NCBI RefSeq assembly: GCF_001194135.2
Contig: NC_069004.1
Span: forward strand, 2,687,955 to 2,724,107
Direction of reading: 5' to 3'
From: Octopus bimaculoides
Taxonomy: Eukaryota
DNA length: 36,153 bases
The position numbers were made by a program, and so were the translations under genes. Below are positions 22,384-33,561 of the stretch, piece by piece. Every line of letters begins with the position of its first letter. Within the stretch, counting starts at the first letter, position 1. The notes beneath the pieces are model-generated. The model was not told the DNA's origin. It did no database searches and was given only the letters and a program-made list of their open reading frames with translations.

Positions 22384-23350
22384 CGTGCGTGTGTGTGTNN
22401 NNNNNNNNNNNNNNNNNNNNNNNNNNNNNNNNNNNNNNNNNNNNNNNNNNNNNNNNNNNNNNNNNNNNNNNNNNNNNNNNNNNNNNNNNNNNNNNNNNNN
22501 NNNNNNNNNNNNNNNNNNNNNNNNNNNNNNNNNNNNNNNNNNNNNNNNNNNNNNNNNNNNNNNNNNNNNNNNNNNNNNNNNNNNNNNNNNNNNNNNNNNN
22601 NNNNNNNNNNNNNNNNNNNNNNNNNNNNNNNNNNNNNNNNNNNNNNNNNNNNNNNNNNNNNNNNNNNNNNNNNNNNNNNNNNNNNNNNNNNNNNNNNNNN
22701 NNNNNNNNNNNNNNNNNNNNNNNNNNNNNNNNNNNNNNNNNNNNNNNNNNNNNNNNNNNNNNNNNNNNNNNNNNNNNNNNNNNNNNNNNNNNNNNNNNNN
22801 NNNNNNNNNNNNNNNNNNNNNNNNNNNNNNNNNNNNNNNNNNNNNNNNNNNNNNNNNNNNNNNNNNNNNNNNNNNNNNNNNNNNNNNNNNNNNNNNNNNN
22901 NNNNNNNNNNNNNNNNNNNNNNNNNNNNNNNNNNNNNNNNNNNNNNNNNNNNNNNNNNNNNNNNNNNNNNNNNNNNNNNNNNNNNNNNNNNNNNNNNNNN
23001 NNNNNNNNNNNNNNNNNNNNNNNNNNNNNNNNNNNNNNNNNNNNNNNNNNNNNNNNNNNNNNNNNNNNNNNNNNNNNNNNNNNNNNNNNNNNNNNNNNNN
23101 NNNNNNNNNNNNNNNNNNNNNNNNNNNNNNNNNNNNNNNNNNNNNNNNNNNNNNNNNNNNNNNNNNNNNNNNNNNNNNNNNNNNNNNNNNNNNNNNNNNN
23201 NNNNNNNNNNNNNNNNNNNNNNNNNNNNNNNNNNNNNNNNNNNNNNNNNNNNNNNNNNNNNNNNNNNNNNNNNNNNNNNNNNNNNNNNNNNNNNNNNNNN
23301 NNNNNNNNNNNNTATATATATATGTATGTATATGCATGCATACATACATG

Positions 23351-23381
<31 letters not shown>

Positions 23382-25419
23382 CGACGTGTGTACGTATGTA
23401 AGTGTGTTTGCATGTATACACATAAATGGATGGATGGGTGACAGTGTGACACTGATGTGAACTACATGTACGCCAAAAAGAGTGTCCAATATTTTTTTTA
23501 GCAAGAATGGAATATCGTTGACAGCAGATTTTCTGTGTGAAATTTGCTACTGGAATTTGCTACTCGTTCTCTCGTCCGTCGCGCCTGATGCTCAGTCACC
23601 TTATAATCGGAAACGTGAAACCACGTATTGACGCCCTTAAGCACGATCAACATTACTATTCACTAGTGAAACACGTGTAAAGATGATGTAATTTTATGAC
23701 GCTATAATAAAAAGATAAATAAAATGTTTTATTCTGCCTTCGTGTACGTATGTAATTTATGTACGTGCGTGAGTGCGTGTGTGCGTGCGTGCGTGTGTGC
23801 GTGCGTGTGTGTGTGCGTGCGTGCGTGTGTGCGTACGATGTATGTATTTATATATTTACGTATATATGTACATATTTACGTATGCACGTATGTATATATA
23901 TATGTAATTAGGTATACAGGTTTGTATGTATATATAAAGCGAAACCATGCATGCTTAATGTCTGCAGGTTATTTGCCTTGTTTATCTAGACTTAATTTTG
24001 ATACTATTTTATTTTTCTCATATTTTAATGGCTTGGTTTTTCTTTTCTGTTTTATTATTATTTTTTTTTTCAGTTTCGCTTTGTTTCTTTTCTTTTTTTT
24101 TTTTTGTATGTTATTGTTATTATCTTTTCTCTCTTGTTTACTTTATCAGTAATTTGTGAATATAAGACTCGTCTGATGAATCCCTGGTCTACATTAAAAA
24201 CAACCGAATGGACATTTATATACAAGCGGGTGTATGTGTGTATGCATATATATATATATATGCGTACATACAGACGTACGTATATACATATGGACACATT
24301 CACACATATTTATATATGCATATATATATATATACATATATAATATAATATAATATAATATTATACATACATGCATATATAATANNNNNNNNNNNNNNNN
24401 NNNNNNNNNNNNNNNNNNNNNNNNNNNNNNNNNNNNNNNNNNNNNNNNNNNNNNNNNNNNNNNNNNNNNNNNNNNNNNNNNNNNNNNNNNNNNNNNNNNN
24501 NNNNNNNNNNNNNNNNNNNNNNNNNNNNNNNNNNNNNNNNNNNNNNNNNNNNNNNNNNNNNNNNNNNNNNNNNNNNNNNNNNNNNNNNNNNNNNNNNNNN
24601 NNNNNNNNNNNNNNNNNNATATATATAATATACAGCATATATCATATACATGTATATAATATATACATATATGTTTGTATATACATATATACATATACAT
24701 ACATACATACACGTGTGTGTGAATGTGTTTAAATACATAGGTAACAACATATATTTCAAACATGTAATGTAAACACGACTACGTTCTACTTTTATATTTA
24801 TACAAAGGTTGGAGTTTTGTTTTGGTTTGGTTTTAGCCTGTTTTTGTTACGAGTTCCTCGCGGTTTGTTTGGAACAGTAAAGTTTCCAAATCCATCATCA
24901 ATCCTTCTAGATTTTTATAGTTTTAACTTCAATATGACGTACATTTTCTGTGGAGATGTAAGCAATAGACTGACATCGCTACGTCTTGGAAATCTGAAGG
25001 AAAATTTTTAAAAAACACAGAATTTGGAGAAAAAAGAAAGATTTAGAAATGATACACTTGTACTTTCAATACAGAAAGACAGACTGACAGACAAATAGAT
25101 AAACTGATATGTATGTATGTATGTATGTAGGTAGGTAGGTAGGTAGGTAGGTGGGTAGGTGGGTAGGTAGGTACGTACGTACGTAAGAAAGCGACAAGAT
25201 TGTTTGAGTTAATAGGGAACCCGGTGTTTGTAAATATGTGGTTGATTTGATTGCAAGTTTGTGCAGGAAAGCATCTTGCATTGTTCATCATACTTTAAAT
25301 TTTAAGGTCTTGCAGGTTTTTATAGTTCCAGATATAGTGATCATTTGTAGTGTATGAGTTAAGGATTTGCGTTCTCTCCCCCCAAGATCCCAAGTTCAGT
25401 TAAAATTGTATCATGGGCA

Positions 25420-25515
25420 TTGGAACGCTGCAACGATTTGGTCAACTAAAAGCTCTTCAAGGCGATGCCCCAGCATGGCCGCAGTCCAATAACTGAAACA
25501 TCTAAAAGATAAGAT
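25420..25515 (+). mobile_element. SINE family B 3' tail fragment
   Basis: TTCAAGGCGATGCCCCAGCATGGCCGCAGTCCAATAACTGAAACA; the same tail occurs at ~7614-7652 (-) and ~35945-36065 (+). Confidence 0.8.
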
Positions 25516-25790
25516 AAATGGAACTGACTTTTTAATAATCCGATCATATTTACGTCCCTGTAACTCAATTAACAACACCCAGTAACGAACGGTTAACCAC
25601 CCGTCTATCAACAACCGTTCTAGAATTCCTAACAATCTCGTCTGATAAAAACAATTGCCAATGTTCCATACCTCAACAACATTCTTTATCTCATCTCTTT
25701 TCATCTCTTTCTATTCCCCTTCGGCATTCTTCATTTTCTTTTCTTTTTTTTTTTCTTTACATTCCTCTTCTTCTTCTTCTCCTCCTCCTT

Positions 25791-25851
25791 CTCTCGTCTG
25801 CTTTTTCTCTCGTCTGCTTTTTCTCTCGTCTGCTACCTCTATCGTCTGCTT
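25791..25851 (+). repeat. 16-bp minisatellite (CTCTCGTCTGCTTTTT), about 3.7 units
   Basis: Two perfect units, one truncated, one degenerate. Confidence 0.85.
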
Positions 25852-26250
25852 CGACCCCTATTTCTTGCTTCATCTTCTGTTTTGCGGTCTATAGATTATT
25901 TATTGACGCACGCATACATAAATATAGGTGCAAATATAGATGATTGTGTGTGTTTATATACATATTTGTATGTGTGTGTGTGTTGTGTTGTGTGTATGTG
26001 TGTGTGTTTGTTAGAGAGAGAACATATATATATGTATATATATGAATTTATATATCTATAAATGTAACTACCAATTAATGTATTGAGTGCCCTTCTTTCG
26101 TTTGTCAACTCACTCGTGTATATATAATATATATATGTGTAATATATACATATATATATATAAATTACATAAATATATTTTATAACATTTATATACGTGT
26201 ATATATACATATATACATCCATATATATAAAGACACACACATAGATACAC

Positions 26251-26291
<41 letters not shown>

Positions 26292-26396
26292 CATATATAC
26301 ATACATACATACATATAAACACGAACACGCAATCACGCTCACTTATAAACATACAGGCCAGAGCGCTGAATTGGCGCCAAACGCAAGTCGACATAC

Positions 26397-26543
26397 CTTA
26401 CATTTTCGCCAACTCTGTAACCTTCTACAAATACTGTTCTAACTTTAGCAATTGTTGCTATGTCAAAATCATAATAGCCATCATGCCGACGATTCTTCGA
26501 AACGCTGCCAGTTATACAAACAGTGTTTATGGGCAGATCCAGA
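26397..26543 (-). CDS. Candidate internal coding exon of unknown product
   Basis: 147 nt, phase 2-2, acceptor TTTAAG| and donor AAG|GTATGT; LDLPINTVCITGSVSKNRRHDGYYDFDIATIAKVRTVFVEGYRVGENV; purine-rich first codon positions; the in-register antisense frame is also open. Confidence 0.3.
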
Positions 26544-26589
26544 CTTAAATTGCAATTTGCGTGAATATATGTATGTACGTATGTATACA

Positions 26590-26661
<72 letters not shown>

Positions 26662-26896
26662 CTCACACAATGTACATGAATGCCTATCTACAAACATCCA
26701 TCCCTCCATACCTACATTCATAGATATATACATGTGTACGTGCGTACGTACTATGTACGTTCATACATGTATGCATACATACAAACACATATATGCATAT
26801 ATGTATATGTGTATATATATATATACATACAGACATACATAAATACACACATACATATGAAAATAGGTATACACACATATATATACATATATATAC

Positions 26897-26930
<34 letters not shown>

Positions 26931-27216
26931 AGATACATATGCATATACATATATATATATATATATATGAGAAACCTTGTATCAAAAACCCTAAATATAA
27001 ATATGGAGCAAATACATTTATTTTATAGATTTAATCCTTTAAATTTTAACAATCTCCAAGATTACTTTCAATCTTTAAAATAAAACTATTCACACAGACA
27101 CACATACAGACATCTCAGTAAAATACCACTCGTTATGCCTGGTGCGTCAAACTTATTACTATATAATTATTTTTCATTACAAATTACTGTTCATTAATTA
27201 TTTACAGCAATTAGCC

Positions 27217-27590
27217 ATGCGGCGAACACCAGAAGCAAAAGAGCTGTCTGATTCTCAAAGAAAGGGCATGGTGTTGGTCAATGTGACGGTGGACTTAGCC
27301 AGCGTAAGAATGGACTAAACCTTGGAATTCTTCTTGTCATAATCGACAGAGTGACTGTAGAATTCGCCAGGAAAGAGAAGGAATCAACGGAATCCCGCTC
27401 AGGTGGATTTGGGCCCCCTGAAAGTAGGGTTTTCAGCTTGTTAAGGGGACATTTATTGAAAATAACCGCCGTTTTAAGGGAGGTGATGCTTCAGAGGCAA
27501 CTCCGAATGAGTCGTAGTTCTTCCGTGAGGTTTCTCCATCAATTTGGCTTCTATGGCGGAGCAACTAGAAGAGAAACTTCTTCCTTATTG
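27217..27590 (+). pseudogene. Decayed Tc1-type transposase, N-terminal paired-like HTH domains
   Basis: MRRTPEAKELSDSQR/GQCDGGLSQRKNGLNLGILLVIIDRVTVEFARKEKESTESRSG/ENNRRF/SRSSSVRFLHQFGFYGGATRR, with at least two frameshifts; matches KELS..QR..I...G.SQR.I...LGI....V.R...SRSGRP...VRR.LH..G..GR.ARRKP. Confidence 0.8.
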
Positions 27591-28040
27591 AACAAATATC
27601 CAAAGAAACAAAAAAATAAATCTTTCAAAAGATTACATTGTTCACTTACTTTTGAATTGTCTGTGTATATGTGTGTGTAAATGTGTATACATACATACAC
27701 GTATGCATGTGTATATGTATCGTATGTGTGTGTGTGTATGTATCGTATATATACATATATGTATATATACATATATGTATATGTGTATGTATGTTTATTT
27801 AGACATCTCTTTAGGAGAAGGAAATTCCGAGATAACATCCGCCTCATTGCGAAGCCGGAGATCTTTCTCTTGCTTTTTTCCGGACTACTTGGCTTTGTAG
27901 AGTCTTAACCGTGTGTTTACAAGTTATTATCGACTTACAGATTCAGAGCGGACATTGCTGACAGCCATTGTATTAAATATCTAGGTTAAGATAATTTGTC
28001 AGTGATGTTCACATTTACCTAGGAGTTGACAGCCTCCATG

Positions 28041-28074
<34 letters not shown>

Positions 28075-28099
28075 TGTATGTATGTATGTATGTATGTAT

Positions 28100-28392
28100 G
28101 TATTCTGCTGCTGAATATCTGACAATAAGGAACCACAGGAGGGCTAAATCGTATGATCTGGCAGTCCCGGCGGGAAAAACGACGGCAAATCGAGGTGTGG
28201 AGTCCTCTTTGTCACTCTGAGTCACTGTGGTCCAACCTTTAACCCTAAAGAGTGAGATCGGGTCGTGTGGATTGACTTTCACTTTAAAACTATTAAGCAC
28301 AGACCGGAAGAAAAGGCTTACAACATCGAGGATCGGATTACGTAGCTACTCGAGGGCGTTCCACTCTTCTTCGTGATCTTCGGACACAAAAC
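28100..28392 (+). pseudogene. Probable decayed LINE apurinic-endonuclease (RTE-like) fragment
   Basis: One frame with several stops: IV*SGSPGGKNDGKSRCGVLFV...FNPKE*DRVVWIDF...LLEGVPLFFVIFG, resembling WSG....GVGF...SDR...VP....I.GDFN. Confidence 0.5.
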
Positions 28393-28704
28393 GTAGTTCC
28401 GGGTTCAGTTCCCCTGCGTGACACCTTGGGAAAGTGCCTTTGGGCTGGAGTGCCAGATCACGTGATTTCGTCCTCCTATGGGATCCTCAGTGATAGATAT
28501 CCAGCAACGACATAACAGCCGAAACTCCCATCAACGATACATTGTACGAGCGGATGTGACCATATGATTAAGATGTTCGTTTCGCAACGTCGTGGTTCCA
28601 AGTTCAACCTCACTAAAGGACATATTCATTGTACGCGGTTCTTTTACCACAATTTCATATTCATCAACGTGTTTTCATAAAATCATGTTTTCAAAGTCCA
28701 TCAT

Positions 28705-28783
28705 CACGTGTCTCTTAATATTCCGGACGGTATCTCTGTTGATCACGTGATGTCTTAGTTCGTCCAAAGCTGCAGTCCACGTG
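28705..28783. promoter_or_regulatory. Cluster of three CACGTG E-boxes (fourth at 28459)
   Basis: CACGTG at 28705, 28744 and 28778 in non-microsatellite sequence; function unproven. Confidence 0.3.
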
Positions 28784-28884
28784 ATTCATTGTATCCTGTA
28801 ATTAGTGATTATGCTTTATAATTTCCGTAAGTCGGAATTCCGCCACTGGAGTTGCTGTAATGCAGATGATGCTTGTGCACACAG

Positions 28885-28923
<39 letters not shown>

Positions 28924-29047
28924 CACACATTCACATACATGCATGCATATATACATATATACACACGCACATATATGTATGTGTGTATGTATATGCAAAC
29001 TTAGACTATATCATACATATGCGTATATATGTATGTGTATGTGTGTG

Positions 29048-29091
<44 letters not shown>

Positions 29092-29248
29092 TGCACACAT
29101 ACATATATACATACATACATAAATACATACACATATATGTATACATATATATATGCATGTATGTATATATATACATGTATATATGTGCGTGTGTGTGTGT
29201 GTGTATATATATGCATGCATGTATGTATATATATGTATGTATGTGTGT

Positions 29249-29290
<42 letters not shown>

Positions 29291-29439
29291 TCTATTTTAA
29301 TGGAGCTTGGTTGTGGAAATGCAAAGCGTTAGTTGCTATGCAAAATTTTTGCTGAGTCAGAATCGATTCCTCGCAAGAACACAACAACAACAACAAGAGC
29401 AACAACCGGACCACAAAAATATCAGAGCAAAAATGAATA

Positions 29440-29995
29440 GTCATTTAAATATTTAAAGAATCAACCAAAATATAGAACTAAGACAGACAGAGAGCGAGAG
29501 AGAGATGGTGGTGGTGAGGGGAGGTTATCGTTCAACGCGCTAGAAATAGCGGTTCGATGTCGCTCAAGTTAAACACTACTGCCTCAAAGAAGACCGTGTT
29601 CGGTGACGTAACCATTGTTTGTGTTGCGTTTCACATTGGTAAAAGATGGGATGGTCTCAGTTGGAACATTTGCCATGTCATCATAGCTCTGCTCTGCTCT
29701 GCTCAGTCAGCCTGTCCTTGACCCAAACAACAGGGACAACAACAAAAACCGAGCTATTTGAGGAAAAGTCTGTCGTCATTTAAATATTTTAATGACGAAC
29801 CATAAAATCGGAGTAAGGCAGAGAAAGGGCCCTCAACGTTCGACATGCTAGAAATAGCAGCTAAATCTGCCTAAAATCAAATCTTAAGGCCTCGGTGATG
29901 TACCTTTTAGATGTTTGATTGTAGGCTGCCTTTGAGTTGGGTTATAGATAGATGACATGGTCTCTGTTGGAATGGCTGTCAGGTCATCATAGACT
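29440..29995 (+). repeat. Two diverged tandem copies of a ~250-bp repeat (29440-29690, 29775-29995)
   Basis: Shared blocks in the same order: GTCATTTAAATATTT, GCTAGAAATAGC, ATGGTCTC.GTTGGAA, GTCATCATAG. Confidence 0.7.
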
Positions 29996-30033
29996 GCACA
30001 CAAAAAAAGGTCATTGTCATTCACATATGTATG

Positions 30034-30079
<46 letters not shown>

Positions 30080-30531
30080 TGTATACAGATATACGTACAG
30101 GGCCTTCAAAAAGCAGTAAGTATTTTATTGCAAACTAAATATTTATAAGATTATATAAGACTGCAAAAGAATATATTAGACTGTACAAGACTTTAAAAAA
30201 CTTAATTTCTTTTTAACTGCCGTGTGAGCACTTCCTCGGGTGATTTCCATTTCCCGTGACAATTTGCGTAAGATAGATAGGTTCTGACACACATGTACAC
30301 ACATTGACAACACAGATGTATCGTCCTCGGAACGGGAATGGTGCGCCCCCTGGAAATCTAGAATGAACGCGGGATTATTCTATAACGCGAGAGCACATTG
30401 CTCCTAGCATTCTATGTTCGTTGACTTTCATCAAAGTTAGGAATCAACAGAAAATGTTTCACGTTACGGAATACCACGTAACTGTAATATATAACCCGTA
30501 ACGAAACGTTTCCGTAACAGAGGTGTTGCTA

Positions 30532-30585
<54 letters not shown>

Positions 30586-30588
30586 GTA

Positions 30589-30760
30589 TATTGTATTCAA
30601 TTTTGTTTGCATCGAGTTAGAGATTGACTTTGGCGTCGCGTTCCCAAGAGTTGCTAATAATTCTTTCAGGTCACGAAACTGATGAGATGTGAGGAGAAGA
30701 TCTTCAGCATAGCCAATGAAGATGAAAATCCCTTGCCAATTCGTTCCAACGATGACACAC
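30589..30760 (-). pseudogene. Decayed non-LTR reverse transcriptase fragment (YADD region)
   Basis: GIFIFIGYAEDLLLTSHQFRDLKELLATLGNAT...QTK resembles L.YADD..L.S....LQ.LL..L.....GL..N..KT. Confidence 0.65.
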
Positions 30761-30819
30761 ACAACAGAAAGCGGTCAATGACTCCAAGCACGTTTTTCCC
30801 GACATTGCTCACGATGTCG

Positions 30820-31652
30820 TTAGAAAGACTTCCATACACGCCCCCTTGTCATATTCCCGGAAAGAGTCAAAGGTGGTTGTTGAAGAATTTCTATGGTTTC
30901 TCCAGCCCCTAATTGCTGGCCTCGTAATACACCCGATTGTAAACCTATTGGCTTACTATTTATGGAGCGGGGTTGAAAAAGATACCAGCCGATCTACCTG
31001 CGACACAAGACCGATCTGGTGGCAAAGATTAAGGAAACGTACAAAGATCTTCACAGGGACACAGTGAGGATCGCATGCGTCAGATTCTAGAACTGTCTTG
31101 ACGCCGTAGTGGAAGCTGAGGGCAGCCACTTTACGTCAATTGTTATCTTCCAGCCATAATCGAGTAAATGTGGAGACGCAATGGCCCAGTGGTTAGGGCA
31201 GCGGACTCGCGGTTTCGATTCCCAGACCGGGTGTTGTGAGTGTTCATTGAGCGAAAACACCTAAAGTTCCACGAGGCTCCAGCAGGGGATGGTGGCGAAC
31301 CCTGCTGTACTCTTTCACCACAACTTTCTCTCACTCTTACTTCCTGTTTCTGTTGTGCCTGTAATTCAAAGGGTCAGCCTTGTCACACTGTGTCACGCTG
31401 AATATCCACGAGAACTACATTAAGGGTACACGTGTCTGTGGAGTGCTCAGCCACTTGCACGTTAATTTCACGAGCAGGCTGTTCCGTTGATCGGATCAAC
31501 TGGAAACCACGACGTCGTAAGAGACGGAGGGCCAACAACAACAATCGAGTAAATATACTTTGATATTTCTTAATTACTTTTAATTGTGGATGTTATATCG
31601 CGTTTTCCTTTCCTGTTATGCAAACTCTCCAATTTAGCCTTAACATCCTGTA
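30820..31652 (+). mobile_element. 3' part of a maT/DD37D-type Tc1/mariner transposon with 3' UTR and TIR-like end
   Basis: PCHIPGKSQRWLLKNFYGFSSP/NCWPRNTPDCKP/YYLWSGVEKDTSRSTCDT/DLVAKIKETYKDLHRDTVRIACVRF*NCLDAVVEAEGSHF (to 31132); ends CCAATTTAGCCTTAACATCCTG-TA at 31652. Confidence 0.85.
31170..31542 (+). mobile_element. Third SINE family (D), near full length, (CAA)n tail, 12-bp TSD
   Basis: Head GGAGACGCAATGGCCCAGTGGTTAGG...GGTTTCGATTCCC; AATCGAGTAAAT at 31158-31169 and 31543-31554. Confidence 0.9.
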
Positions 31653-32274
31653 TATGTATAANNNNNNNNNNNNNNNNNNNNNNNNNNNNNNNNNNNNNNN
31701 NNNNNNNNNNNNNNNNNNNNNNNNNNNNNNNNNNNNNNNNNNNNNNNNNNNNNNNNNNNNNNNNNNNNNNNNNNNNNNNNNNNNNNNNNNNNNNNNNNNN
31801 NNNNNNNNNNNNNNNNNNNNNNNNNNNNNNNNNNNNNNNNNNNNNNNNNNNNNNNNNNNNNNNNNNNNNNNNNNNNNNNNNNNNNNNNNNNNNNNNNNNN
31901 NNNNNNNNNNNNNNNNNNNNNNNNNNNNNNNNNNNNNNNNNNNNNNNNNNNNNNNNNNNNNNNNNNNNNNNNNNNNNNNNNNNNNNNNNNNNNNNNNNNN
32001 NNNNNNNNNNNNNNNNNNNNNNNNNNNNNNNNNNNNNNNNNNNNNNNNNNNNNNNNNNNNNNNNNNNNNNNNNNNNNNNNNNNNNNNNNNNNNNNNNNNN
32101 NNNNNNNNNNNNNNNNNNNNNNNNNNNNNNNNNNNNNNNNNNNNNNNNNNNNNNNNNNNNNNNNNNNNNNNNNNNNNNNNNNNNNNNNNNNNNNNNNNNN
32201 NNNNNNNNNNNNNNNNNNNNNNNNNNNNNNNNNNNNNNNNNNNNNNNNNNNNNNNNNNNNNNNNNNNNNNNNNN

Positions 32275-32490
32275 TGGTGGTGGTGGTGGGGAGTTGTGGT
32301 GGTAGTGGTGGTGGTGGTGGTGGTGGCGGTGCTTGTAGTCGTCGTCGTCGTCTTGATGGTGGTGGTCGTGGCGATGGAGTTGGTAGTAGTGATGGTTACG
32401 CTGGTAGTGATTGTGGTGTTGGTGGTGATGGCGGTGATGATGGTGGTGGTGTTAGTAGTAGTAGTAGTAGTAGTGGTGGTGGCGTGTGGT
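32275..32490 (+). repeat. Degenerate (GGT/GAT/AGT)n tract
   Basis: Direct inspection; source of the poly-V and poly-G ORFs. Confidence 0.9.
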
Positions 32491-32789
32491 TGTTACGTGG
32501 TGGTTCTGGCGGATGTTGAAATGGTTTCTGGGCAGAGCCTCTATGGCGTCGTTATTTTTAGCCTCACAAATTTAGTTTCATCGTTTCATGCTTGGCGGGA
32601 AATGGCGGCGCTGGACGAGACCAGTCTGGCAAATAACAGAATTACGCACCAAAGACTCAAAAACAGCACTTCATTGTTTATAAACACTGCGTTTTTTTTA
32701 TGTATGTATGTATGTATGTATGTTTATATGTATGTATGTGCGTATATGTGGGAGAGGTAGATAAGGTGTTAAGTAGGTAGGTAGGTAAT

Positions 32790-32856
<67 letters not shown>

Positions 32857-33100
32857 TGTATGTGCTTATATACATATATGTAGAATAGATATAAACATAT
32901 ATACATACATACATACAAACATGCTCATTTGCATATACACATATGTATTAATAGATAGGAATACAAATGTTATGTGTGTACACAAACTGATAATTTCAGA
33001 TCCACAGACAGCCATAGTTGAGTCACATCAACCTCACGCGAGCATATGAGGAAATAAACTCTTTTACAGCTAACCAATTATATCTACATACATATATATA

Positions 33101-33561
33101 TCGGGGTCGATAAATTACGCACCAGTTGCGTACCGGGGTCGATCTAATAGACTGGCTCCCTCCCCCAAAATTTCCAGCCTCGTACCTTGAATAGAAAATA
33201 ATATTTAAGGTGTTGAGCTGACAGAAAGGTTTGCACGCCGGGCGAAATGCTTAGCGGTATTTCGTCTGCCACTGCGTTCTGAGTTCAAATTCCGCCGAGG
33301 TCGACTTTGCCTTTCAATCTTTCGGGGTCGATAAATTAAGTACTAGTTACGCACTGGGGTCGATATAATCGACTTAATCCGTTTGTCTGTCCTTGTTTGT
33401 CCCCTCTGTGTGTAGCCCCTTGTGGGCAGTAAAGAAATAGGTATTTCGTCCGTCTTCACGTTCTGAGTTCAAATTCCACTGAGGTCGACTTTGCCTTTCA
33501 TCCTTTCGGGGTCGATAAATTATGCACCAGTTGCATACCGGGGTCGATCTAAACGACTGGC
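33101..33561 (+). mobile_element. Tandem array of three SINE family A units
   Basis: Three successive GGGGTCGATAAATTA...GGGGTCGAT blocks; the middle unit has a full head and a different 3' tail. Confidence 0.88.

Noticed and set aside
23585-23620. CCTGATG...GGAAACGT
   Set aside because: The core lacks A9 and the intervening sequence does not pair.
28019-28300. Protein-looking minus ORF (FKVKVNPHDP...RSYDLALLW) with a good acceptor
   Set aside because: Better explained as the in-register antisense of a decayed LINE endonuclease on plus; no suitable donor.
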